Below are positions 40,617-49,443 of a stretch of 64,000 nt of DNA, one piece after another. The notes beneath the pieces are model-generated. The model did not search any database and was not told the DNA's origin. It saw only the letters and a program-made list of their open reading frames with translations. Source of the stretch: an uncultured bacterium (lineage in GTDB: Bacteria; Desulfobacterota_D; UBA1144; Nemesobacterales; UBA2774); the NCBI GenBank assembly GCA_963705505.1, contig CAVPJU010000003.1, positions 32,001-96,000 on the forward strand, read 5' to 3'. How positions within the stretch are numbered: the first letter of the stretch is position 1; every line of letters begins with the position of its first letter. The position numbers and the translations under genes were made by a program.

Positions 40617-41768
40617 TTATTTGAGGCCGAGTAATTTTTTCGCCCTTTCCTCCCAGGTATAGCCCTTTACGTCGGAATAGGCTCTCTCCGAGATTCGTTT
40701 GGCGAGGCTCGGGTCCCCGAGGATTTTTTGTATGCCCTCGAAGAGCGCCTGAGCGCTGTCGGGCTTAACGAGGACCGCATTCACCCCGTCTTCCAGTATC
40801 TCGCAGACGGATGGTATGGACGTGGCCAGGATCGGACGGCCTGAGGCCATGTACTCGAATAATTTTATCGGGGATGTGAAATCCTGCGCTTTCGTCCCCC
40901 CCCTGATCGTCATCCGGGACGTATAGGGCATGACCAGGAGGTCCGATGCAGCGAGATAAAGCGGCACGGTGTGGTGAGAGACGTAGCTCGTAAGCCTGAA
41001 ATTCACGGCGTTTTTTTCCTTGGCGAGCTTCCTGTACCTGACGACATCGCTCTCGAGACCCCCCACGATAAGGAAAAGGACGTCGTCCAGGCGTGACGCG
41101 ATGTCTATTAAATACTCGATCCCCCTCCCCTCGTAAATGTTCCCCGTGTAACACACTATCTTCTTTTCCGCGGGCAGTCCGAGGTCAGCCCGAGCTTTCT
41201 CAAACGCCGGAAGCGACTTGTAGCGCTCGAGGTCCACACCGTTATGCGCGATCACGAGCTTCTCCGGGGGAAGCCCTTCCTTGAGATATATGTCCCCGAG
41301 CCCCCGGGAATTGACCGAGAAACGCAAGAGGCTCTGAGAGTCCTTAAACGACTTGAACAGCACGCGTGCGCCCGTCACCAGGGGGTGGTGAGCGTCGTAC
41401 ACCGTGGGGATGCCGAAAACATTTATCGCGAGCCAGGCGAACACGATGTTCCTCGTCACGGCGACATCGAACTCGCTCCGCTTCGTCCTCGCATACACCG
41501 CGCTGAGCGCGCCGTGCACTATATTCCTCACGGACGAGTTGCCGAAGTAGGGGAACGAAACGATCCTGAAATTCGACTCCACGCCGTAATACTGATATAT
41601 CTCGCCGGGGCTCCTGTATGCGGGGATTATGAGCCGGGTGCTGATGCCTAACCGTCCCATCGCCTGGCACATTTTCATTATATGTATGGCGCTTGCGCCC
41701 TTTGAAAAGAGCTCGGGGCTCCCTATGTAGACAACTCTCGAAGGCAATCCGCTCTGCATCATCAACAC
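40617..41768 (-). CDS. glycosyltransferase family 4
   Basis: HNGVD, YTG....RGI, SPIKLFEYMASG.PI, YTW..RA. Confidence 0.92.
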   Translation of the reverse strand: MLMMQSGLPSRVVYIGSPELFSKGASAIHIMKMCQAMGRLGISTRLIIPAYRSPGEIYQYYGVESNFRIVSFPYFGNSSVRNIVHGALSAVYARTKRSEFDVAVTRNIVFAWLAINVFGIPTVYDAHHPLVTGARVLFKSFKDSQSLLRFSVNSRGLGDIYLKEGLPPEKLVIAHNGVDLERYKSLPAFEKARADLGLPAEKKIVCYTGNIYEGRGIEYLIDIASRLDDVLFLIVGGLESDVVRYRKLAKEKNAVNFRLTSYVSHHTVPLYLAASDLLVMPYTSRMTIRGGTKAQDFTSPIKLFEYMASGRPILATSIPSVCEILEDGVNAVLVKPDSAQALFEGIQKILGDPSLAKRISERAYSDVKGYTWEERAKKLLGLK

Positions 41769-41975
41769 CGGCTCGAATCAGGAAAGTTCACCGGAATATT
41801 ATATGTTCAATTTTAATATTGACCAGTTTCGTTTGACCGGGAGCCGGGGTATTTTGCCCCGAATTAGAAATAGACGTGCGTGTTGGATATAATTAGCGTG
41901 TATTTGCTTTATGTAATAAGAGACTGACCGTCCGGATCAACACAAAAAACATATATCCAATCTCAAGGAAGCATA

Positions 41976-43234
41976 ATGGAAGTACGATCGATAAGGGGAT
42001 TCCACGACATCCTGCCCGAGGAAATCAGAAGGTGGCATTATATAGAGGAAAAGGCCAAAACCGTCTTCGAGCTCTACGGGTTTTCCGAGATCAGGATACC
42101 CGTCATCGAATTCACTGAAATCTTCTCAAGGAGCCTGGGCACGACTACGGATATCGTGGAGAAGGAGATGTACACGTTTGAGGACAGGGACGGCTCGTCG
42201 CTGACGCTCAGGCCCGAAGGCACTGCGGGCGTCGTCAGAGCGTTCATAGAGAACTCGATGTGGGCGAAATCCCCCGTCACGAAGCTCTACTACGGGGGCA
42301 TGATGTTCAGACACGAAAGGCCGCAAAAGGGGCGCTACAGGGGGTTTTATCAGATAGGCGCGGAAATCTTCGGACCCGAAGAGCCGTCTTCGGATGCGGA
42401 GCTCATAGCGATGGTCTGGAGGCTATTCGAGGAGATCGGAATAACGGAGTATTTAAAACTCGAGTTAAGCTCGCTCGGGGACAAAAACTGCAGGCCGCAG
42501 TACAAGGAAAAACTCACCGCGTATTTCACCCCTCAAAGGGGTGAGCTCTGCGAGGACTGCAGGAGGAGGCTCGAGACGAATCCCCTCAGAATACTCGACT
42601 GCAAGGAGAAGGGGTGCAGGGAGATCGCCGAGCGCGCCCCCAAGATGATAGACAACCTCTGCGCAGACTGCACCCGGCATTTCGACGAGGTAAAGGAAAA
42701 TCTGGAGAGCGTCGGCGTCCCATTCGTCATCAACCCCAAGATAGTCAGGGGGCTTGACTACTATACGCGGACGGTTTTCGAAATAACCACCGAAGAGCTC
42801 GGGTCGCAGAACGCGGTCGCCGCAGGCGGGAGGTACGACGGGCTCGTCGAGGAGCTGGGAGGGCCCCTGGTACGCCGGCAGTCGGGTTTGCCATGGGCCT
42901 GGAGAGGCTCGTGCTGCTTCACGAGAAGGCTTTCCCCGACGGGTTCGGCAAGGAAGTCAGGGTGTTCATCGCACACCTGGGCGAAGAAGCCAGGAAAAAG
43001 GCGTTTATGCTCGCGTCCGAGCTCAGGAAAAAAGGCGTCCCCACGGAGACCGAGTACGGCGTCAAGAGCCTCAAAAGCCAGCTCAAGCGCGCCGACAAAT
43101 CGGGGGCCAGGTATACGTTTATATTAGGCGAAGACGAGCTTAACCGGGGCGTCGTAAAGGTGAGGTATATGGATACGAGCACCGAGGAAGAGATGGAAAC
43201 CGGCCGCGCGCTGAAGCTCGTCACCGAACGATAA
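41976..43234 (+). CDS. hisS: histidine--tRNA ligase (apparent frameshift at ~42865, probably sequence error)
   Basis: LRPEGTA, FRHERPQKGR, RGLDYY, AGGRYD; second frame GTPAVGFAMGLERL plus anticodon domain. Confidence 0.95.
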
Positions 43235-43276
43235 TGCAGGGACGGGAGTCCCTTAAGCAGCTATATCGTCACCCGC

Positions 43277-43798
43277 TCACTTTGCTTTCCAGTAAAGCGA
43301 GTTCACTTCGAGGTAGTCCTTGATGAACATATCGGCGAGCTCGGAAACGTTCCCCTCGACGCATTCCTTAAGCTCAGCAGTATTGCATGACAGGAGCTTC
43401 CCCACAGACCACGTGGAGGCAGCGGTCGTGATATTCTGCCCGAGCTTCTTCCCGAAAAGCACCACGGTCTGGCATAGCTCGAGGTCGAGGTAAATGGCGT
43501 AGTGATCGCCGCTCGCAGCTTTGCTGGCGACGACTTTAACGAGGAGGTAAGCGCCTCCGAAGACGGTGAACCACTTCCTGTCCTCGAGCACCTTTATATT
43601 CGCCTTGTCGAGCTTCTGTACTATTAACCCCTTTATGTCCCCTTCCTTAACCCCGTCCTCTCTCGCGAAGTCCGATACCTCGTCCACTATTACGGCGACG
43701 CCGGATATGTCGGCGAGCGTTTCCTTGCCCGCGGCCAAAGCCGATACGCCCGGGAGAAGCACGCTAAGAAACAAAATGACTGTCGGAGCGATTCTCAA
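43277..43798 (-). CDS. hypothetical exported protein
   Basis: TTG start, signal peptide ending ALA, alpha/beta body. Confidence 0.7.
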   Translation of the reverse strand: MRIAPTVILFLSVLLPGVSALAAGKETLADISGVAVIVDEVSDFAREDGVKEGDIKGLIVQKLDKANIKVLEDRKWFTVFGGAYLLVKVVASKAASGDHYAIYLDLELCQTVVLFGKKLGQNITTAASTWSVGKLLSCNTAELKECVEGNVSELADMFIKDYLEVNSLYWKAK

Positions 43799-43902
43799 TC
43801 CGTTTATAAATATATTCAGTCCGGCGATGAATTAAAAGCGTGATATTCAGAGGATGGCGGGACCGTATAAGGGGCGAATATGCACGGTAAGGAAGCCCGG
43901 GC

Positions 43903-46900
43903 TCAGGAGACGTCGCCTGATACCTTCTTTCCGCAGAATTCACAGAGGAGCTCGAGATTGGTTTTCACTATTTCGTGGGGACCGGGATAGGATTTTTTTG
44001 TAAACACCTTCAAGGCTTCCTGATAGGCTTCGGCAGCCTTGTCGCTATTCCGCGAGCGGTCTTCCTCCTCGGCGAGGGTCGTATACGCGCCGCCTATATT
44101 ATTCTCCGTGGTCGCGTACTGGATGGGGAATTTATCGACCGTGTAGACGATGAGGGCCGTCTCATAGGCGTTGATCGCCCTCTTGCAGTTCTTTGCCCTC
44201 TCCTCGACTTCGGAAAGCATCCTGTACACGACTCCCAGGTTATTCTGCGTCGCCGCGAACTGCAGCGGGTAGCTCTGGATCGTCCTCACCTTGAGCGCCT
44301 TTTCGAACGTCTTCACGGCCATCTTGCAGTTGGCCTCTTTTTCCTCGACGTCCGCAAGCGTCATGTAGGCAGTACCGAGGTTATTCTTCGTGGAGCCGAA
44401 CTGGACGGGGTGCTCCTTTTCGTTGTATACCCTGAACGCCTCCCTGTAGGAATTCACGGCCCTCTTGCAGTTCTTCCCCTTCTCCTCGACCTCGGCGAGA
44501 GTCCTGTAAACTATGCCAAGGTTGTTCTGTGTCGCGGCGTACTCGAGCGGGTATTCCTTGAGGTTATACACTTTGAGCACGCGCTCGAAAGATCTTACGC
44601 CCTTCTTCAAATACTCCGCCGCTTCCCCTGTCTCGGCCAGACGCTTATACAGGGTCCCGAGGCTGCTCAGTATGGACGCGTATTCCACGGGCATCCGCTC
44701 GCACGTATAGTATTTGAGCGCCTCCTCAAACGACTCCGCCGCGGCTTTGAAGCTCTCGGGGTCGCCTGAATTTTCAGAAATGCTCTCAAAGGCGGCCGCG
44801 ATATTCTTCCGGATGAGCCCGTAGTCCTGCGGCGAGTTTTCAAAAGTAATAACGGCCAGCGCCTTTTCGTATGCGTCTATCGCCTTTCCGTAATACTCCG
44901 TCTGCCCCTTCTTGCGGGCAATATTGCCGTAGGCTATGCCCATGTACTTATTTATTTCGGCGAAATCAAACGGAGAGGTCTCGCGGCCATATCCGCCGAG
45001 CGCTTTCGTGAACGCATCCACCGCCAGGAAATTATCGTCGGCGCGCTCCTCGACCTCGGCGAGGACACCGTAAGCGAACCCTATATGCTTCTCTATCCGG
45101 CAGTGCTTGGACAGGTGCTGCGCGGGATCGAAAACACCGAGCGCTTCGGTGTATGCGCCGATCGCCTTTTTATACTCCCCCGGATGACCTTTTATCTCCG
45201 CAAGCGCGCGGTATATGTTGCCCGTGCTCTCCTTAATCGCGCCGAACTCGAGTGGGGATTTTTCCTTCGTGAGCACACGTAAAGCCTCGTTATACGCACC
45301 GATAGCCCGTTCATAGCTCTTGACGTCACCCGATTTCTCGGCAATATGCGTGCATGAAGACGCGATGCCGCTTTGTGTCGCCGCATACTCCTCGGGGGAC
45401 TCTTCAAACGAATAGAATTTGAGAGCGTCTTCGTAAGATTTCAACGCCTTTCTGAAATTATTCTGAACCCCGCTGGTCATCCCCAGCTCCTCATACGCTC
45501 TGCCGAGACCCAGCTTCAGTGATGCGTACAGGAGAGGCGATTCCCCGGACGAGTCATGCTTTAAGCTCTCTTCGTAGTACTCCACAGCCTCTTCGGGGTT
45601 ATCGAATTCGACTTCCCGGGAGAGGGTTATAATATCCGCCTCTTCACCGGGCGCGCTCCCGCACTCTTCTGTCTGCGCCGGCTCCGACCCGGTTTCGTAT
45701 TCGTCATGCTTTACGATTTTCAGCAGAGGGCGCTCTCTATCTTTTTCGGGCTCTTCAACTGCGGACTGAAATTCATTAGCTTCGTCTGTTTCAGCGGTCC
45801 CGGCCTCATCATTCCCGGACATTAAGCCCCGCACGTTCCCGAGGCTTTCCATAACCTCTCCATATTCACGGGGAAACTCATCAGGGGTAAAAACCCTGAG
45901 CGCCTCCTCAAACGCGTGAACGGCGCTCTCCATGCTCCCTGGTTCATCCGGAGCCGCGAGGATTTCCGAATAGAGCTTCCCGATCTCGCTCTGGATCCCG
46001 GCGTATTCGGACGGATGATCGGAAATATTAAAAATCCCGAGCGCGTGCTTATACGCTTCGACCGCCTTCCCCGCGTTGATAAGCGGCTCTTCAACCCTGC
46101 TCAGAGCGGCGTAAGCGGAGCCCAGCCGCTTCCGTATGACCGCGTGCTCGAGCGGGAAAAGCCCTGCAGTATGGTAGTTGAGCGCTTCCTGATAACATCC
46201 TATCTTTTTATTGATGTCCCACGCCTCTACATCTCCGAGCTCACTTAAGAGCCCCCCCAGAAGCCCGTATAGCTCCTTCCGCTTATCCGCGCACGGTTCA
46301 TCGGTGAAGAAGGAGAGGGCTTCCTTATAAGAATCTACGGCAAGCTCAATATTGACCGCCCTCTCGTCCGTTATGCTCCCGTAAAAATCGCCGATCCTCC
46401 TGTGGGCTTCCGCGTACTCGGCCGGGAAATCGAGCGGGTCATAGAGACTGAGTAGCCCTCTATAGCTCACGGCCGCTCCCTCGCGGTCTCCCGAGCTCTC
46501 GAGCGATTCGGCAAGCGCCGTATACAATGCACCGAGAGAGCGGGTGATATCCATATATTCCTCCTCCCTCTCACGGCCGCAGCACTCCAGCGCTTCGGAA
46601 TAAGCGACTATAGCCTTCCTCAGGTCATCGACACCGCCTCTTTCTCTGTAGAGCCTTTCGAATACTTCTCCAAGCTTTCTACCATTAGCCGAGTGCTCCC
46701 TTCGGGCGATTTCCTCGGGATAGTGCATGAGCGCCTCGTCGTAGTATTCGATCGCCTTTTCCGGATCGTTCGATTCAGCCTGCATATCGCCGAGCGCCTT
46801 GAGCACATCCCCGATTCTGATGTTAACTATTCTCGAATCCTCTGCGGCGCTTTCGCGAGTGTAGATGCTTAATGATTCCTCATAAGCATTCAACGCTTCC

Positions 46901-48168
46901 TCGTAGACAGCCCTGTCGCCGTTAGCGCGGGCGAGCGACTCGTAAGCATCGCCGAGCCTCATTTTCATAAGCGCATACTCGGCCGGTGAATTCTCAAGCA
47001 GTCCGCAGGAAAGAGATTCCAGAAAAGACTCCACTGCCTGCCTCCCGTACTCACGCTCCCCAGTCAGGGAGAAGAGAGCGCCGAGCGCGACCCCGAGGTT
47101 ATTGCGGACTGCGGCAAACTCGCGGGGGTACCTGTCGGCCCTGAAGAACCCGAGGACCTCTTTATAGATACCTGCGGCTCTCTCAATATTATCCTTCTCA
47201 TCCTGTGAAAACGAATAGCGTATGAGCGTGTCGGCAAGCTTCTTTCCCATTATGGCCGCGAGTAATCCGGGTTTTTCCCGCCCGAGTATCCTTTCGTAGA
47301 CCCCGGCGCACTTCCCTGAATACCGACGCAGAACGTCGGTGTCGTCCTCCGATTCCAGGAGTCCCGAATAGAGGGACGCGAGACAGCTGAGGATCCGTGA
47401 AGGGACCTGCCTGCCCGTCTTCGATTCCCATGCGTCGAGCTCTTCGTATAATTCGTCAACGTCGGCGAAGCCGAAATCGTTCCGCGATGTGCAGTATCCG
47501 GACACCCTGAGCGCGGCATTCCGCAAGCTGCCGGCGTCTTCCGGACGCGGAATCTCGACGGTATTGAGACAATCGTTGATATAGCTCTCCATGATCCCGG
47601 GGAGAGCTTGCTCTAATCTTTTCATTATCGGATTTTCGGGGGATTCGCCGTGCTCGACACCGGCTGGGGGTCCGAGGTCTATGCTTTCCTGCAAATGACC
47701 GTTCAGAACTTTTTCGTAGTAAAAGCGTGCCGAATCCAACACACGCCCGGTTTCCGGCTCAAAGGAAGTTTTGGAATCTCCGTTCCGGTTTATCTCCCCG
47801 TCCGCTCCGTTTGACGAGCATTTTCTTCCGAGAGTGAGGATAATTTTTCCACCGCCCCTCAGAAACCCGAATTCATAAAACTCGTCAGGGCCCAGTCCGT
47901 CGAGTATAAGGACACCGAGCAGACATTCCCTGGCAAGCTCTTCGAAACGATCGATGTATTGTCCGTTCAGAAAGGCGTAATCGGAGAGTAAATTGACCTG
48001 AATACCTTTTTGGAGGAGATAATTCCTGAGGGGGTCGAGAATATCGCGGATGTCGCCGGCATTGCTCCCTGACCCGTGCAGAACGACGCACGTGAGCTCA
48101 CTCCCGGCACTGATAAGCCCGCAGATTTTCCTTGTTCCCGTTAACCCGGACTGAGTCCTGCCTGACAT
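43903..48168 (-). CDS. large TPR-repeat protein with N-terminal NDT/TIR-like domain
   Basis: Many ~45-aa repeats P.EYA...NNLG..Y..L....A...Y..AL; N-terminal GVLILDG..PDEFYEFG...G.GK.IL. Confidence 0.85.
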   Translation of the reverse strand: MSGRTQSGLTGTRKICGLISAGSELTCVVLHGSGSNAGDIRDILDPLRNYLLQKGIQVNLLSDYAFLNGQYIDRFEELARECLLGVLILDGLGPDEFYEFGFLRGGGKIILTLGRKCSSNGADGEINRNGDSKTSFEPETGRVLDSARFYYEKVLNGHLQESIDLGPPAGVEHGESPENPIMKRLEQALPGIMESYINDCLNTVEIPRPEDAGSLRNAALRVSGYCTSRNDFGFADVDELYEELDAWESKTGRQVPSRILSCLASLYSGLLESEDDTDVLRRYSGKCAGVYERILGREKPGLLAAIMGKKLADTLIRYSFSQDEKDNIERAAGIYKEVLGFFRADRYPREFAAVRNNLGVALGALFSLTGEREYGRQAVESFLESLSCGLLENSPAEYALMKMRLGDAYESLARANGDRAVYEEALNAYEESLSIYTRESAAEDSRIVNIRIGDVLKALGDMQAESNDPEKAIEYYDEALMHYPEEIARREHSANGRKLGEVFERLYRERGGVDDLRKAIVAYSEALECCGREREEEYMDITRSLGALYTALAESLESSGDREGAAVSYRGLLSLYDPLDFPAEYAEAHRRIGDFYGSITDERAVNIELAVDSYKEALSFFTDEPCADKRKELYGLLGGLLSELGDVEAWDINKKIGCYQEALNYHTAGLFPLEHAVIRKRLGSAYAALSRVEEPLINAGKAVEAYKHALGIFNISDHPSEYAGIQSEIGKLYSEILAAPDEPGSMESAVHAFEEALRVFTPDEFPREYGEVMESLGNVRGLMSGNDEAGTAETDEANEFQSAVEEPEKDRERPLLKIVKHDEYETGSEPAQTEECGSAPGEEADIITLSREVEFDNPEEAVEYYEESLKHDSSGESPLLYASLKLGLGRAYEELGMTSGVQNNFRKALKSYEDALKFYSFEESPEEYAATQSGIASSCTHIAEKSGDVKSYERAIGAYNEALRVLTKEKSPLEFGAIKESTGNIYRALAEIKGHPGEYKKAIGAYTEALGVFDPAQHLSKHCRIEKHIGFAYGVLAEVEERADDNFLAVDAFTKALGGYGRETSPFDFAEINKYMGIAYGNIARKKGQTEYYGKAIDAYEKALAVITFENSPQDYGLIRKNIAAAFESISENSGDPESFKAAAESFEEALKYYTCERMPVEYASILSSLGTLYKRLAETGEAAEYLKKGVRSFERVLKVYNLKEYPLEYAATQNNLGIVYRTLAEVEEKGKNCKRAVNSYREAFRVYNEKEHPVQFGSTKNNLGTAYMTLADVEEKEANCKMAVKTFEKALKVRTIQSYPLQFAATQNNLGVVYRMLSEVEERAKNCKRAINAYETALIVYTVDKFPIQYATTENNIGGAYTTLAEEEDRSRNSDKAAEAYQEALKVFTKKSYPGPHEIVKTNLELLCEFCGKKVSGDVS

Positions 48169-48332
48169 ATCCCGTTATCCCCTCTGGAGCTCCCGGAAAC
48201 TTACGCGCTTTAATAAATCCATTCGACAAAAAGCGCCGCTTCCGGATTACATCTGCAAACAGTCTGAGGGAGGGAATCCTGAAGACACAGTGCCGGCTAA
48301 GACACATTTAAGGAGCGAACTTAAGGCATGTC

Positions 48333-48432
48333 CCGACTTCGGCAGCCCAGCCGCCGTCATGCTCGATCTGAGAGCATTAAGGCCTGTGACTTTGCGTCCC
48401 ACCCTTTCGAATGGTTTGCCTTTTCGGTCATG
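48333..48432 (-). ncRNA. cyclic di-GMP-I (GEMM) riboswitch
   Basis: Minus strand GACCGAAAAGGCAAACCATTCGAAAGGGTGGGACGCAAAGTCACAGGCCTTAA...GGCGGCTGGGCTGCCGAAGTC; P2 nearly identical to Vibrio cholerae Vc2, with GAAA loop, GCAAAG junction and 3' GCCGA. Confidence 0.92.
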
Positions 48433-48457
48433 GAAATCTATGACCCCAACTTAATAA

Positions 48458-48486
48458 AAGTTATATCTTATTCGGGTCCGTGTCAA
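48458..48486 (-). promoter_or_regulatory. sigma70-type promoter for riboswitch-TPR transcript
   Basis: Minus strand TTGACA - 17 bp - TAACTT. Confidence 0.55.
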
Positions 48487-48627
48487 TGTAATTTCAATAA
48501 TAATTACGGACATAAAGATGGAGAAGAGCCCCTTTTCAGGTAAAATTCCGCCCTCTCGGTTGAATTTTATTTTGAATGCTGTGTTTTATCCGAATCCGGA
48601 CTACCCGATCCGACCCGCCCCAGGTTT

Positions 48628-49059
48628 TTATTCTATTTTTTTGAAGCACTGGCCGCAAAATTTCGTCCCCTCGTATATCTCCGCCCCGCAGTCGCAAAAA
48701 GCCACGACCCTCGGTTTGGCAAGGGCCATGACGCTCCCGAGGGCCTTGCTGGCGTTTACATGCACAAGCCTCAGCCGCTCCTCCCACTCTTCGATCTCGG
48801 CCTCGATATTATCTATTTCACCGCACCTCGCCCCTATGGTCTCTTCGACGACTTTCCCCGTATGCTTGAACGTCCTGTAAACGGTGCTCCCCATATCGAA
48901 TAGAGCCTCCCTCTTCCTGCGGCCAAGCTGCCTCAGGGTGTTTTTGATTCTAATCGCGTCGTATGCCTCTTTCGACCTTATATTTATTATCCTGAGGCCT
49001 TTATTTACCCCGTCTTTAAATATTGTTAGAATGTCCCGGGTGTCCGGATTATCCGACAT
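48628..49059 (-). CDS. coiled-coil protein with C-terminal zinc ribbon
   Basis: CDCG......KFCGQC at C-terminus; GAGGAG RBS. Confidence 0.8.
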   Translation of the reverse strand: MSDNPDTRDILTIFKDGVNKGLRIINIRSKEAYDAIRIKNTLRQLGRRKREALFDMGSTVYRTFKHTGKVVEETIGARCGEIDNIEAEIEEWEERLRLVHVNASKALGSVMALAKPRVVAFCDCGAEIYEGTKFCGQCFKKIE

Positions 49060-49443
49060 TGTCTCGCTCCTCTCGTTTAATCAATAAAACCGTCCCGTCG
49101 GGCAGGCTCTCAAAATGATACTCGATTAAGTCAAAAGGAGAAACGGATAATTCATTGCGAAGCTCAAAAAAGAACCCGGACATTCTCGATTGTCCCCTGC
49201 CCCGAGGAAAAATGATTGACTGGGGGAAGAGATAGGATAATCTTTTATAAGTCTTTTTCGGTTATGTCTTTTAGAGGAGTGTAAGAAATATCGTCTTTCT
49301 ACTCGCACCACGCTGCTGACCCTCCTGAAAAGCCCGGAAGTCAGGCTGCCCTGCCCGAAAATATTAACAGATAAATCCTAGGGGGAATTTCGATGAAATC
49401 GTTATACCGGAATTGCTATGGCAAAGAAAACTGGACATATGAT

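Noticed and set aside
42860..42895. Programmed frameshift in hisS
   Set aside because: No canonical slippery heptamer or precedent known to me; other homopolymer indels in the window point to sequence error
49270..49350. Possible riboswitch upstream of HEAT gene
   Set aside because: No convincing match to fluoride or other known aptamer consensus
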